Source of the DNA: Geotalea daltonii FRC-32
Lineage (GTDB): Bacteria > Desulfobacterota > Desulfuromonadia > Geobacterales > Geobacteraceae
Direction: 5' to 3'
Assembly (NCBI RefSeq): GCF_000022265.1
Contig: NC_011979.1
Location: 2,790,001-2,822,000, forward strand
Length of the DNA: 32,000 nt
Under the pieces are notes generated by a model. That model had not been told where the DNA came from. It searched no databases and was given only the letters and a program-made list of their open reading frames with translations. How positions within the stretch are numbered: the first letter of the stretch is position 1; every line of letters begins with the position of its first letter. The position numbers and the translations under genes were made by a program. Positions 15,417 to 23,288 of the stretch are shown piece after piece.

Positions 15417-16091
15417 ATGAAACTCATCGAAATACAAAACGTAAAGAAACACTACACTAGCGGAGAAGACGTTGTCGAAGCCTTGCGCGGTGTTGATATC
15501 AGCATAGAAGCCGGTGAATTTATCACCATAATGGGGCAGTCAGGCTCCGGTAAGAGCACCTTGCTCTCAGTTCTGGGAGGAATGAACCATCCGACTTCCG
15601 GAGATGTCGAGATGGCCGGCGTACGTCTTTATGACCTGCCAGGGGAAAAGCTGGCCGACTTCCGGGCACAAAACCTTGGGTTTGTTTTCCAATCATTTCA
15701 CCTGATCCCGTACCTGACCGCTGCAGAGAATGTCATGCTGCCGTTAGCAATTGTCAAAATGGCTACCAGTGCAAAGAGGGCCGCGGCCCGCCAAGCCCTT
15801 GAAAGAGTCGGTCTGGGGAACAAGCTTGGCCGGCTCCCCAACCAATTATCTGGGGGTGAGCAGGAACGTGTTGCCATTGCCAGGGCTATTGTCAACAACC
15901 CGCATATACTTTTGGCTGATGAGCCGACCGGCAACCTGGATTCCAAGACCAGCGAAGAGGTCATGGCATTATTCAGGGAGTTGAATAATGCCGGACAGAC
16001 AGTCGTGATGGTAACGCATAATGCTGAAAACGGGGCATACTCTGACAGAACCATAAGCTTAAGGGACGGCATGGTTGTTGGTTCTGTTTGA
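15417..16091 (+). CDS. ABC transporter ATP-binding protein (MacB/LolD-like)
   Basis: Walker A GQSGSGKST, signature LSGGEQERV, Walker B LLADEPTGNLD and an H-loop VTHN. Confidence 0.9.
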   Translation: MKLIEIQNVKKHYTSGEDVVEALRGVDISIEAGEFITIMGQSGSGKSTLLSVLGGMNHPTSGDVEMAGVRLYDLPGEKLADFRAQNLGFVFQSFHLIPYLTAAENVMLPLAIVKMATSAKRAAARQALERVGLGNKLGRLPNQLSGGEQERVAIARAIVNNPHILLADEPTGNLDSKTSEEVMALFRELNNAGQTVVMVTHNAENGAYSDRTISLRDGMVVGSV

Positions 16092-16100
16092 GGTGGTCTA

Positions 16101-16523
16101 GTGAATCTGTTCCCTGTCAGAGACCTTGTCATTTTGGTGGTCTGTAGCAACCGGGATGTTCTAGAGGTTATAGAAAGGCTTTTGGGCCATTTGGAGATCA
16201 ATGTCACATGCGTCATGAGCACGGATGCAGCGCTTGTCATGCTGCAGACTGAAACCTACAGCGCCATGATCAGCGATCACAAAATGAAAGACTTTAACGG
16301 GCGGGAATTCAGCCGGACGGTGCGGCAACTATTTCCTGCTCTCAACGTTGTGTTGTTTGAAGGTAACACCAGCTCACAGGTCATGGATCTGTTTTTGGGC
16401 CCGGAAGTGTCGGAAATTTCGGAAGTACAAAACCAAGCTTGCAGTCTTGGGGACATGTTGATGAGCATTCTGAGGGGCGAAAGGGGAAAAACCTTTCTTC
16501 TGAGGCAGACATCAACGAGATGA
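16101..16523 (+). CDS. Receiver-like (possibly pseudo-receiver) single-domain protein
   Basis: 140 aa, GTG start behind GAGGTGG. The layout is REC-like (VILVVCSNRD ... YSAMISDHKMKDFNGREF ... NVVLFEG). The usual acidic DD pair after beta-1 is replaced by CS. Weak call. Confidence 0.4.
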   Translation: MNLFPVRDLVILVVCSNRDVLEVIERLLGHLEINVTCVMSTDAALVMLQTETYSAMISDHKMKDFNGREFSRTVRQLFPALNVVLFEGNTSSQVMDLFLGPEVSEISEVQNQACSLGDMLMSILRGERGKTFLLRQTSTR

Positions 16524-16539
16524 TATGGAGGGAAAACCA

Positions 16540-16959
16540 ATGGATGCCATGGAAATTAGTGCCTCTGCCTTGACCGCCGAAAGAACCCGGATGAACCTGA
16601 TTTCATCTAACCTTGCCAACGCCAATTCCACCAGGACAGATGAAGGTGGCCAATACCGACGCAAAGATGCGGTATTTGCCACTGTTCTTGATGGTGCAAG
16701 CGCCAATATGGAGGGAGGGACAGAGGTTATTGGAGTCGAGGTTGTCAATATTATCGAGGACCAGTCTCCCCCTAGGCTTCAATACGACCCTGGACACCCA
16801 GACGCAAGAGAGGATGGTTATGTTGCATATCCGAATGTCAATATTGTTGAGGAAATGGCCGACATGGTGACTGCGACGAGAGCATATGAAGCGAATACCA
16901 CTGCTATGAAAGCTGGCATGGATATGCAGATGAAAGCCCTTGAGATCGGCTCAAAATGA
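16540..16959 (+). CDS. flgC: Flagellar basal-body rod protein FlgC homologue (orphan copy)
   Basis: Start at ATG 16540, 8 nt after GGAGGG. The N-terminus ISASALTAERTRMNLISSNLANANSTRT..GGQYRRKD matches the rod-protein signature. The C-terminus DPGHPDA..DGYVAYPNVNIVEEMADMVTATRAYEAN is typical of FlgC. Confidence 0.8.
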   Translation: MDAMEISASALTAERTRMNLISSNLANANSTRTDEGGQYRRKDAVFATVLDGASANMEGGTEVIGVEVVNIIEDQSPPRLQYDPGHPDAREDGYVAYPNVNIVEEMADMVTATRAYEANTTAMKAGMDMQMKALEIGSK

Positions 16960-16999
16960 TCATGACTGACTGGGCTAAGAGTATGAATTTGCGGAACAC

Positions 17000-17572
17000 A
17001 TGAAAGTAATATTCGTTACAATGATCATGCTGTTATTTCTTCCGATTGTAGCACTGGCAGATACGCAGCTGCCGGTCCAGAACGGCGTCATAACTTCTGG
17101 TGTTGGCTGGCGACTCGATCCATTCGGTAGCGGAAGGGCCATTTTGCACCATGGGATCGATATAGCCGTACCGGTCGGAACCCCTGTTCGTGCCACCCGC
17201 AAGGGTCAGGTTGTCTTTTCGGGCATACGTGGCGGATATGGATCGACCGTTATAGTAGAACATGCCAATGGCGACCGTACCCTCTATGGTCACAACTCTT
17301 TGTTGCGTGTGAAGGCTGGCGACATGGTCGAATCAGGTACAGTCGTGGCTTTTTCAGGCAACACGGGTAGATCCACAGGACCCCATGTGCACTTCGAACA
17401 GTTGCCAAGCGGCCGCGCCCTAACAGAACAGGCTGAAACAGAAAATATTGAGATGCCCCAAATTGCTACCAGTACTGATCAGCGATACAGGCTGGAACAA
17501 CAGATGGATGAATCGGTGAGTTCCATCCTCAGGACCATCAACAGGAACGGAACAGCAGGACAAGGCGGTTGA
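17000..17572 (+). CDS. Secreted M23-family metallopeptidase
   Basis: Signal peptide MKVIFVTMIMLLFLPIVALA. HxxxD (HHGIDIAV) and HxH (GPHVHFE) zinc motifs, plus GNTGRSTGPH. Confidence 0.85.
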   Translation: MKVIFVTMIMLLFLPIVALADTQLPVQNGVITSGVGWRLDPFGSGRAILHHGIDIAVPVGTPVRATRKGQVVFSGIRGGYGSTVIVEHANGDRTLYGHNSLLRVKAGDMVESGTVVAFSGNTGRSTGPHVHFEQLPSGRALTEQAETENIEMPQIATSTDQRYRLEQQMDESVSSILRTINRNGTAGQGG

Positions 17573-17683
17573 GGCTTAGAACATCTAAGCAATGTAGCTA
17601 CCAATCCACGAACAGAAGGAAGGCTGCAATGAGACCGACTCAAAGTTGACGGATTAACCGGAAAGGCTCAGGATCACAGATAA

Positions 17684-18814
17684 ATGCAAATTCAGAAGTT
17701 ATCAATAACCGCATTTCGCCCAATCATCCTGGCTTGCTTTCTTGTTTGCATAAGCCTTCTCCACTATCTGACACCGCTTCATCTCCCTTATCTTCACGAT
17801 ATTTTCCAGCGTCTCTACTATCTGCCGATAATTCTCGCTGCCCTATGGTTTGGGTTGCGTGGTGGGTTAATCTGCTCAATCCTTGTCAGCATTGCTTATG
17901 CACCGCATCTTCTTTTCCAGTGGGGCGGCCACCTGACCCTGGAAATGGAGAAATATCTTGAAATTATGCTGTATAACATTGTAGGGGGTGTGACTGGCCT
18001 GCTGTCCCAGCGGGAGCGGGAGCGCACAGTGGAGCTCCAGAAAACTGCCCGTGGGCTGGAGGAGTCATACCAGAAGCTGCAAAACCAATCTGAGCGTATC
18101 ATTATCATCGAGGAACAGTTGCGACGGGCTGAGAAGCTGTCTACCTTGGGAGAAATGGCCGCGGTACTGGCCCACGAGATCCGAAATCCACTCGGTTCAA
18201 TTCGTGGAACAGCCGAGATATTGAAGGACGACTACAAGCCCGGTGACCCGAAACAGGAATTCATCGACATACAGATCAAGGAGACCGAGCGTCTGAACCG
18301 GGTGGTGGAGGATTTTCTCCATATGGCACGACCACAGCCAGCTGACATGCAGCTCTGTCCGATTCAGGAAGAATTGGAAACAATAGTGGCTCTGCTTTCC
18401 AATGACGCCAGGGGACGACAAATTTCACTTGTGCTGAAACCGGCATCCGCCCCTGTAATAATCAGTGCCGACGGTGAAAAGCTCCGACAGGCTTTTCTGA
18501 ACATTATCATCAACTCCTTGCAGGCAACACCGCCGGGGGGCAGCGTAACCATAACGACAACCCCCTATGAGGCAGGCTCATGTGAAATCTGCTTCCGTGA
18601 TAGTGGCCCAGGAATAGATGCAGAGACGATGGACCGCATTTTCGAGCCTTTTTTTACTACCAAACCGGATGGTACCGGTTTGGGCCTGGCTATTACCAAG
18701 AAGATCATTGAAAGTCATGGCGGAACAATGCAGGTGGAAAGTGAAGTTGGTCACGGAACTATAGTCAACGTCATCTTGCCGATGCAAAATGCTTCTGACG
18801 GAGGATTGCGGTGA
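17684..18814 (+). CDS. Sensor histidine kinase with 4-TM membrane-embedded input domain (no obvious periplasmic domain)
   Basis: About 110 N-terminal residues form closely spaced hydrophobic helices. These are followed by a coiled coil, an H-box LAHEIRNPLGSI, an N-box INSLQA, and G-boxes DSGPGI and GTGLGLA. Confidence 0.85.
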   Translation: MQIQKLSITAFRPIILACFLVCISLLHYLTPLHLPYLHDIFQRLYYLPIILAALWFGLRGGLICSILVSIAYAPHLLFQWGGHLTLEMEKYLEIMLYNIVGGVTGLLSQRERERTVELQKTARGLEESYQKLQNQSERIIIIEEQLRRAEKLSTLGEMAAVLAHEIRNPLGSIRGTAEILKDDYKPGDPKQEFIDIQIKETERLNRVVEDFLHMARPQPADMQLCPIQEELETIVALLSNDARGRQISLVLKPASAPVIISADGEKLRQAFLNIIINSLQATPPGGSVTITTTPYEAGSCEICFRDSGPGIDAETMDRIFEPFFTTKPDGTGLGLAITKKIIESHGGTMQVESEVGHGTIVNVILPMQNASDGGLR

Positions 18815-20169
18815 AAGGAAAGATTCTTGTAATTGACGACGACAATTCGCTACGGCGGGTGCTGGAATACAACCTCAAAGAGGAGGGTTATGAAGTCCAG
18901 GCTGCCTCATCGGGTGAGGAAGGCTTGTTTTTATTCGGACAATCTCAGCCTGACCTGGTTATTACCGATATGAAAATGTCGGGTATGGATGGACTGATGG
19001 TGCTCAAGTCAATCAAAGAGCGTTCACCGGAGACTTTGGTGATAATCATAACCGCATTCGGAACGGTGAACATAGCAGTGGAGGCCATGAAAGCGGGGGC
19101 TTACGACTATATCACCAAACCCTTCAACAGGGATGAACTCAAACTGATTGTCCTGAAAGCGCTTCAGTTCAATGGGCTGGCTGAGGAGAACAAGCGGCTG
19201 AAGAGCCAGTTGTCGGATAAAACTGATTTTCGCACTATTATCGGCACTTCAAAAGAAATGGAGAAGGTTTTCGATGTGATTCGCAAGGTAGCCGACACTG
19301 AGGCTGCCATTTTGATTACAGGCGAATCCGGTACGGGAAAGGAGCTGGTCGCCCGCTCCATCCATGCTAACAGTTCAAGGAGAGAAGCTCCATTTATAGC
19401 CATCAACTGTGCCGCCATTCCCCGTGACTTGTTGGAGAGTGAACTTTTTGGCCACGTAAAAGGAGCATTTACCGGAGCACTGAGAGACAAAACCGGCAAA
19501 TTTCAATTGGCGGATGGCGGAACACTTTTCCTTGATGAAGTCGGCGAACTTCCGCTGGAATTACAGCCAAAGTTGCTCAGGGCTCTACAGGAGAAGGAGG
19601 TTGAACCTGTGGGAGGCACTAAGGTTCAGAAAATAGATGTCAGAGTGGTTTCAGCTACTAACGTCAATATAGACAAGGCTATAGCTAACGGTTCATTCCG
19701 TGAAGACCTTTATTACCGCTTGGCAGTCATACCGGTACACCTCCCCTCCCTACGCGAACGACGCAAAGACATCCCATTACTGATCAAATACTTTTGTGGC
19801 AAGCATGGCAGCGAGAATGTCACCCTCGAAAATAGCGCCCTTGAGACTTTGGTGATGCATTCCTGGCCGGGAAACGTACGGGAGCTGGAAAATACCATCG
19901 AACGTCTGCTCATTATGCGAAACGGTGATATGATTTCTGTTGATGACCTGCCGGATAAACTTCGCGAGAAACGTGCTCAGGGGACAGCAGTAATAAAACT
20001 GCCCGATGAAGGGTATCCTCTTGAGCAATTGGAGAGGGAAGTGGTCGTTGCCGCCCTGGAACGCAGCTCATGGAATCAGACAGCGGCTGCCCGCTTCCTG
20101 AGAATTCCCCGACATACGCTTATCTACCGAATGGAGAAATATGGCATTACTCCGCCGGGTCAGAAATAG
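18811..20169 (+). CDS. Sigma-54-dependent response regulator (NtrC/ZraR family enhancer-binding protein)
   Basis: The GTG start overlaps the kinase stop (GTGA). REC domain (ILVIDDD ... LVITDMKMSGMDG), AAA+ domain with GESGTGKE and the GAFTGA loop, and a C-terminal Fis-type HTH (AAARFLRIPRHTLIYRMEKYGI). Confidence 0.9.
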   Translation: MKGKILVIDDDNSLRRVLEYNLKEEGYEVQAASSGEEGLFLFGQSQPDLVITDMKMSGMDGLMVLKSIKERSPETLVIIITAFGTVNIAVEAMKAGAYDYITKPFNRDELKLIVLKALQFNGLAEENKRLKSQLSDKTDFRTIIGTSKEMEKVFDVIRKVADTEAAILITGESGTGKELVARSIHANSSRREAPFIAINCAAIPRDLLESELFGHVKGAFTGALRDKTGKFQLADGGTLFLDEVGELPLELQPKLLRALQEKEVEPVGGTKVQKIDVRVVSATNVNIDKAIANGSFREDLYYRLAVIPVHLPSLRERRKDIPLLIKYFCGKHGSENVTLENSALETLVMHSWPGNVRELENTIERLLIMRNGDMISVDDLPDKLREKRAQGTAVIKLPDEGYPLEQLEREVVVAALERSSWNQTAAARFLRIPRHTLIYRMEKYGITPPGQK

Positions 20170-20247
20170 GCATATTCCAAAATTTTTTAAAAGCCTTAAT
20201 CTTTGTGAATAAGAGCCGAAAGGTATCTATGGATGGGCTGCAGTGAC

Positions 20248-20275
20248 GAATATTCCTACCTTGTGGGGAATATTC
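20248..20275. promoter_or_regulatory. Putative enhancer (UAS): two exact GAATATTC palindromes 20 bp apart
   Basis: GAATATTC at 20248-20255 and 20268-20275, in the contexts cGAATATTCC and GGAATATTCt. They lie 58 nt upstream of the TGGCAC at 20334. Confidence 0.6.
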
Positions 20276-20333
20276 TCCACGCCTTGACATTCCGACCGCA
20301 ATAATAAATCTGCAAAATCAGTAAGATATGAGT

Positions 20334-20349
20334 TGGCACAACCTGTGTA
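20334..20349 (+). promoter_or_regulatory. Candidate sigma-54 promoter TGGCAC-N5-GTGTA (deviant -12)
   Basis: The -24 TGGCAC is perfect. The -12 position reads GT instead of GC. Placement relative to the UAS and to the cusC-like start (20392) mirrors the other three promoters. Confidence 0.45.
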
Positions 20350-20391
20350 ATTGTAACTGTATTGAATTTATGTTCATGTTTGGGAGCTTCC

Positions 20392-21717
20392 ATGAAAACA
20401 CTACACACGTTTGCTTTACTACTTCTATTGGCTGTTTCTCCATCCATGGTGTGGGCGGAAGAGGGTAAGCCGCCTGCCGAGGATCTCTCACGCCTCATCG
20501 CTACCGCGCTTGATAAAAATCCGGAACTCAAATCTTCCCAGGCCCGCTGGCAGATGTTTGCCAACCGGGTCAAACAGGCGTCGGCCCTTGAAGATCCCAT
20601 GTTCATGTTCAAACTGCAGAACCTGATGGCAAAGGAACCTTTTGCCTTCGATAAAGACCCACAGACCTCCAAGGTAATCGGCATATCCCAACAACTTCCC
20701 TTTTGGGGCAAGCGCGCTATCAAACAGGAAGTGGCACAATATGAGGCGGAGTCCTATAAATGGGCCATCGAAGAACGGAAACTTGAACTGGCCCGCATGG
20801 TGAAGGAGACATACTACCAGATCTACGCTGTGGACAAGTTTCTACAGATCATCGACAAGAACCTGCAGATACTGACCGATTTCATCACCATTGCCGAGTC
20901 CAAGTATTCAGTCGGCCAGGGGGTGCAGCAGGATATTTACAAGGCGGGTTTGGAAAAATCCAAAATGCTCGACATGCAGATAACCCTGAAACAGCAACGA
21001 CGGAGCCTGGAGGCGAATCTCAACTATCTGCTCTACCGGCCCGATACGACCCCCATTGGTAGAATCCCCGATTTCGATTTACCGAAACCGTCCCTGACAG
21101 CCGAACGACTGAAAGAAGCTGCTTTCGCCAAAAGGCCCCAGGTAAAAAGCCTGATCAGCCTGGCCAATAAGGGAGATGCCTCCCGCCGCCTGGCGCAAAA
21201 GGAGTACTACCCCGACTTCAATCTCTCCTTCGAATACATGTTCCGTGAGGCGGTAAATACTGAAATGATAAAAGATCCGGGCGACAACATGTTTACCGTC
21301 GGCGTCACGTTCAACCTGCCACTGCAGCGTGAGCGCCGACAGGCCATGGTTGCCGAAGCGACTTCCGAAACGAACATGTCTTTGGAGGAGCTCAACGGCC
21401 TGAAGAACAGCATCACCTATTCCATTCACGATATTCTGGCCCAACTGGAACGCCGGCAGAAACTGGTTGAACTGTACAAGGGGGGAATTATTCCCCAGGC
21501 TGAACAATCACTGGAATCGGCCATCATCAGCTACCGTGTGAACAAGGTGGACTTTCTCACCCTGCTCGACGGGCGGGTCAACCTGTTCAATTACGAGCGG
21601 GAACTGTACGACTCACAGGCTGAATACATGATGAAGCTGGCCCAGTTGGAAGCGCTTGTCGGTGGTGAATTGCCGGGGCCGGCTGGCCAGACTCCAGCTT
21701 TGACTGCGGTCAAGTAG
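20392..21717 (+). CDS. cusC: TolC-family outer-membrane efflux protein (CusC/CzcC-like)
   Basis: Start at ATG 20392 (MKTLHTFALLLLLAVSPSMVWA signal; GGGAG RBS). It has a two-repeat coiled-coil/beta-barrel OMF layout and is first gene of an OMF-MFP-RND triad. Confidence 0.8.
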   Translation: MKTLHTFALLLLLAVSPSMVWAEEGKPPAEDLSRLIATALDKNPELKSSQARWQMFANRVKQASALEDPMFMFKLQNLMAKEPFAFDKDPQTSKVIGISQQLPFWGKRAIKQEVAQYEAESYKWAIEERKLELARMVKETYYQIYAVDKFLQIIDKNLQILTDFITIAESKYSVGQGVQQDIYKAGLEKSKMLDMQITLKQQRRSLEANLNYLLYRPDTTPIGRIPDFDLPKPSLTAERLKEAAFAKRPQVKSLISLANKGDASRRLAQKEYYPDFNLSFEYMFREAVNTEMIKDPGDNMFTVGVTFNLPLQRERRQAMVAEATSETNMSLEELNGLKNSITYSIHDILAQLERRQKLVELYKGGIIPQAEQSLESAIISYRVNKVDFLTLLDGRVNLFNYERELYDSQAEYMMKLAQLEALVGGELPGPAGQTPALTAVK

Positions 21718-21773
21718 CCACCGACTTCATCCGTTCAGAACAGAAACAATTATCCATATATCGAGGTACGACC

Positions 21774-23159
21774 ATGAGTCTGAACAAGAAAATTGCAATT
21801 CCGTTGATATTTTTGCTGATTGCCGCGGCAGCTGGCGGGGGGTGGTACCTGTGGCAGCAGAAGAACGCTAAAACGTCGACTGGAAAGGATGCGAAGGTAG
21901 CTCAGGGCAAACAGCTCTATACGTGCTCCATGCACCCGTTCATCATCAAGGACAAACCGGGCACCTGCCCCATCTGCGGCATGGAACTGATCAAGAAGAT
22001 CGATGGAGCGGCAGGCAGTGGGCCGATGACTGCGGAACAAAAGCAGCAGGCGGAGATGATCGGTCACGTCTCCCTTTCCCCGACCCAGAGGGTCATGGCC
22101 AATGTGGCTACCATAGAGGTCAGGCGGCAGGATTTGAACAAGGAAATAAATGCTGTCGGCATCGTCCAGTTCGATCAGTCTCGCCAGGCCAAGGTCACCG
22201 CCTGGATAGGAGGACGAATAGACAGGCTTTTTGTTGACACGGTCGGCTCTTGGGTAAGTAAGAGCAAGCCTGTTGCTGAAGTCTACTCCCCAGATTTGGT
22301 GGCGACTCAGCAGGAATATTTGCTGGCGGTCAAGAGTCGCGACCAGCTGAAGAATTCCCCCATTGCCTCCATCTCCCAGAATGGTGACGGACTGGTGCAG
22401 TCGGCCAAGCAGCGGCTTCTGCTCTTTGGCGTCAGGGAAAAGCAGATTGCCGAATTGGAGAAGGCAGGTAAGCCCAATATCCGCCTTCCCATCTACACAC
22501 CTCTTTCCGGGATAGTGATCGAAAAGATGGTGCAGCAGGGGCAGTATGTCAATACGGGTGACCAGCTGTTCAATATTGCCGACCTTTCCAATGTTTGGGT
22601 GGAAGTTGAGGTTTACGAGAATGAATTCCCTAATGTCCATATGGGACAGAGGGTGGAAATCCGTTCCCAATCCTTCCCGGGCAAGTCGTTCAGTGGCAAG
22701 GTTTCCTACATCTACCCATTTCTCGATCCGAAAACGAGGACGGTGAAGGCGAGGGTGGAAATGCCCAATCCCGGCATGAAGCTGAAACCTGACATGTTCG
22801 TCAACGCCATCATCAAGGTCCCGCTGGGATCGGCCATTGTAGTCCCAGTCACCGCGGTACTTGATACTGGAACTCGTCAGGTGGTATGGGTGGAAAGTTC
22901 ACCGGGGATGTTCGAACCCCGTGATGTGAAGGTAGGACAGCAGACGGACGATAAAATCCAGATCATATCAGGCATCAATCCGGGTGACAAAGTAGCGGTA
23001 TCCGGCGGCTACCTGATCGATTCCGAGTCGCAACTGAAAGGTGGCGGCGGTCAGGATCACAGCAAGCATACGGGCAAGCCGGCTGCACCGGGACAGGCTC
23101 CGGCTGCTCCTGCTCCGCCTAAACATGATGGAATGAAGATGGATGATATGAAGATGTAA
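21774..23159 (+). CDS. cusB: RND periplasmic adaptor (CusB-like) with N-terminal Cys/His metal-binding module and Met-rich tail
   Basis: YTCSMHPFIIKDKPGTCPICGMELI heavy-metal-binding module. Then a typical MFP body (barrel-sandwich/beta-barrel) and a C-terminal HDGMKMDDMKM. Confidence 0.8.
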   Translation: MSLNKKIAIPLIFLLIAAAAGGGWYLWQQKNAKTSTGKDAKVAQGKQLYTCSMHPFIIKDKPGTCPICGMELIKKIDGAAGSGPMTAEQKQQAEMIGHVSLSPTQRVMANVATIEVRRQDLNKEINAVGIVQFDQSRQAKVTAWIGGRIDRLFVDTVGSWVSKSKPVAEVYSPDLVATQQEYLLAVKSRDQLKNSPIASISQNGDGLVQSAKQRLLLFGVREKQIAELEKAGKPNIRLPIYTPLSGIVIEKMVQQGQYVNTGDQLFNIADLSNVWVEVEVYENEFPNVHMGQRVEIRSQSFPGKSFSGKVSYIYPFLDPKTRTVKARVEMPNPGMKLKPDMFVNAIIKVPLGSAIVVPVTAVLDTGTRQVVWVESSPGMFEPRDVKVGQQTDDKIQIISGINPGDKVAVSGGYLIDSESQLKGGGGQDHSKHTGKPAAPGQAPAAPAPPKHDGMKMDDMKM

Positions 23160-23168
23160 AACATACCG

Positions 23169-23258
23169 ACCACGAAGTCACGAAGGTCACGGAGTAAAAT
23201 CCTCCCATATCTCGACCCATCATGCGCCTGTAATGGTTTTCTTCGTGTTCTTCGTGCC
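23169..23258. repeat. Inverted array of CACGAAG repeats between adaptor and pump genes
   Basis: CACGAAG appears twice (23171-23177, 23179-23185), facing CTTCGTG twice (23241-23247, 23250-23256). This predicts a long stem with a loop of about 55 nt inside the cusB-cusA spacer. Confidence 0.65.
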
Positions 23259-23288
23259 TTAGTGGTGAAAGGGTTATCAGGTTCTCAC

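Noticed and set aside
17573-17600. Hairpin GCTTAG-aacat-CTAAGC after the M23 peptidase gene, considered as a terminator.
   Set aside because: It has only a 6-bp stem and no T-tract, which is too weak to call.
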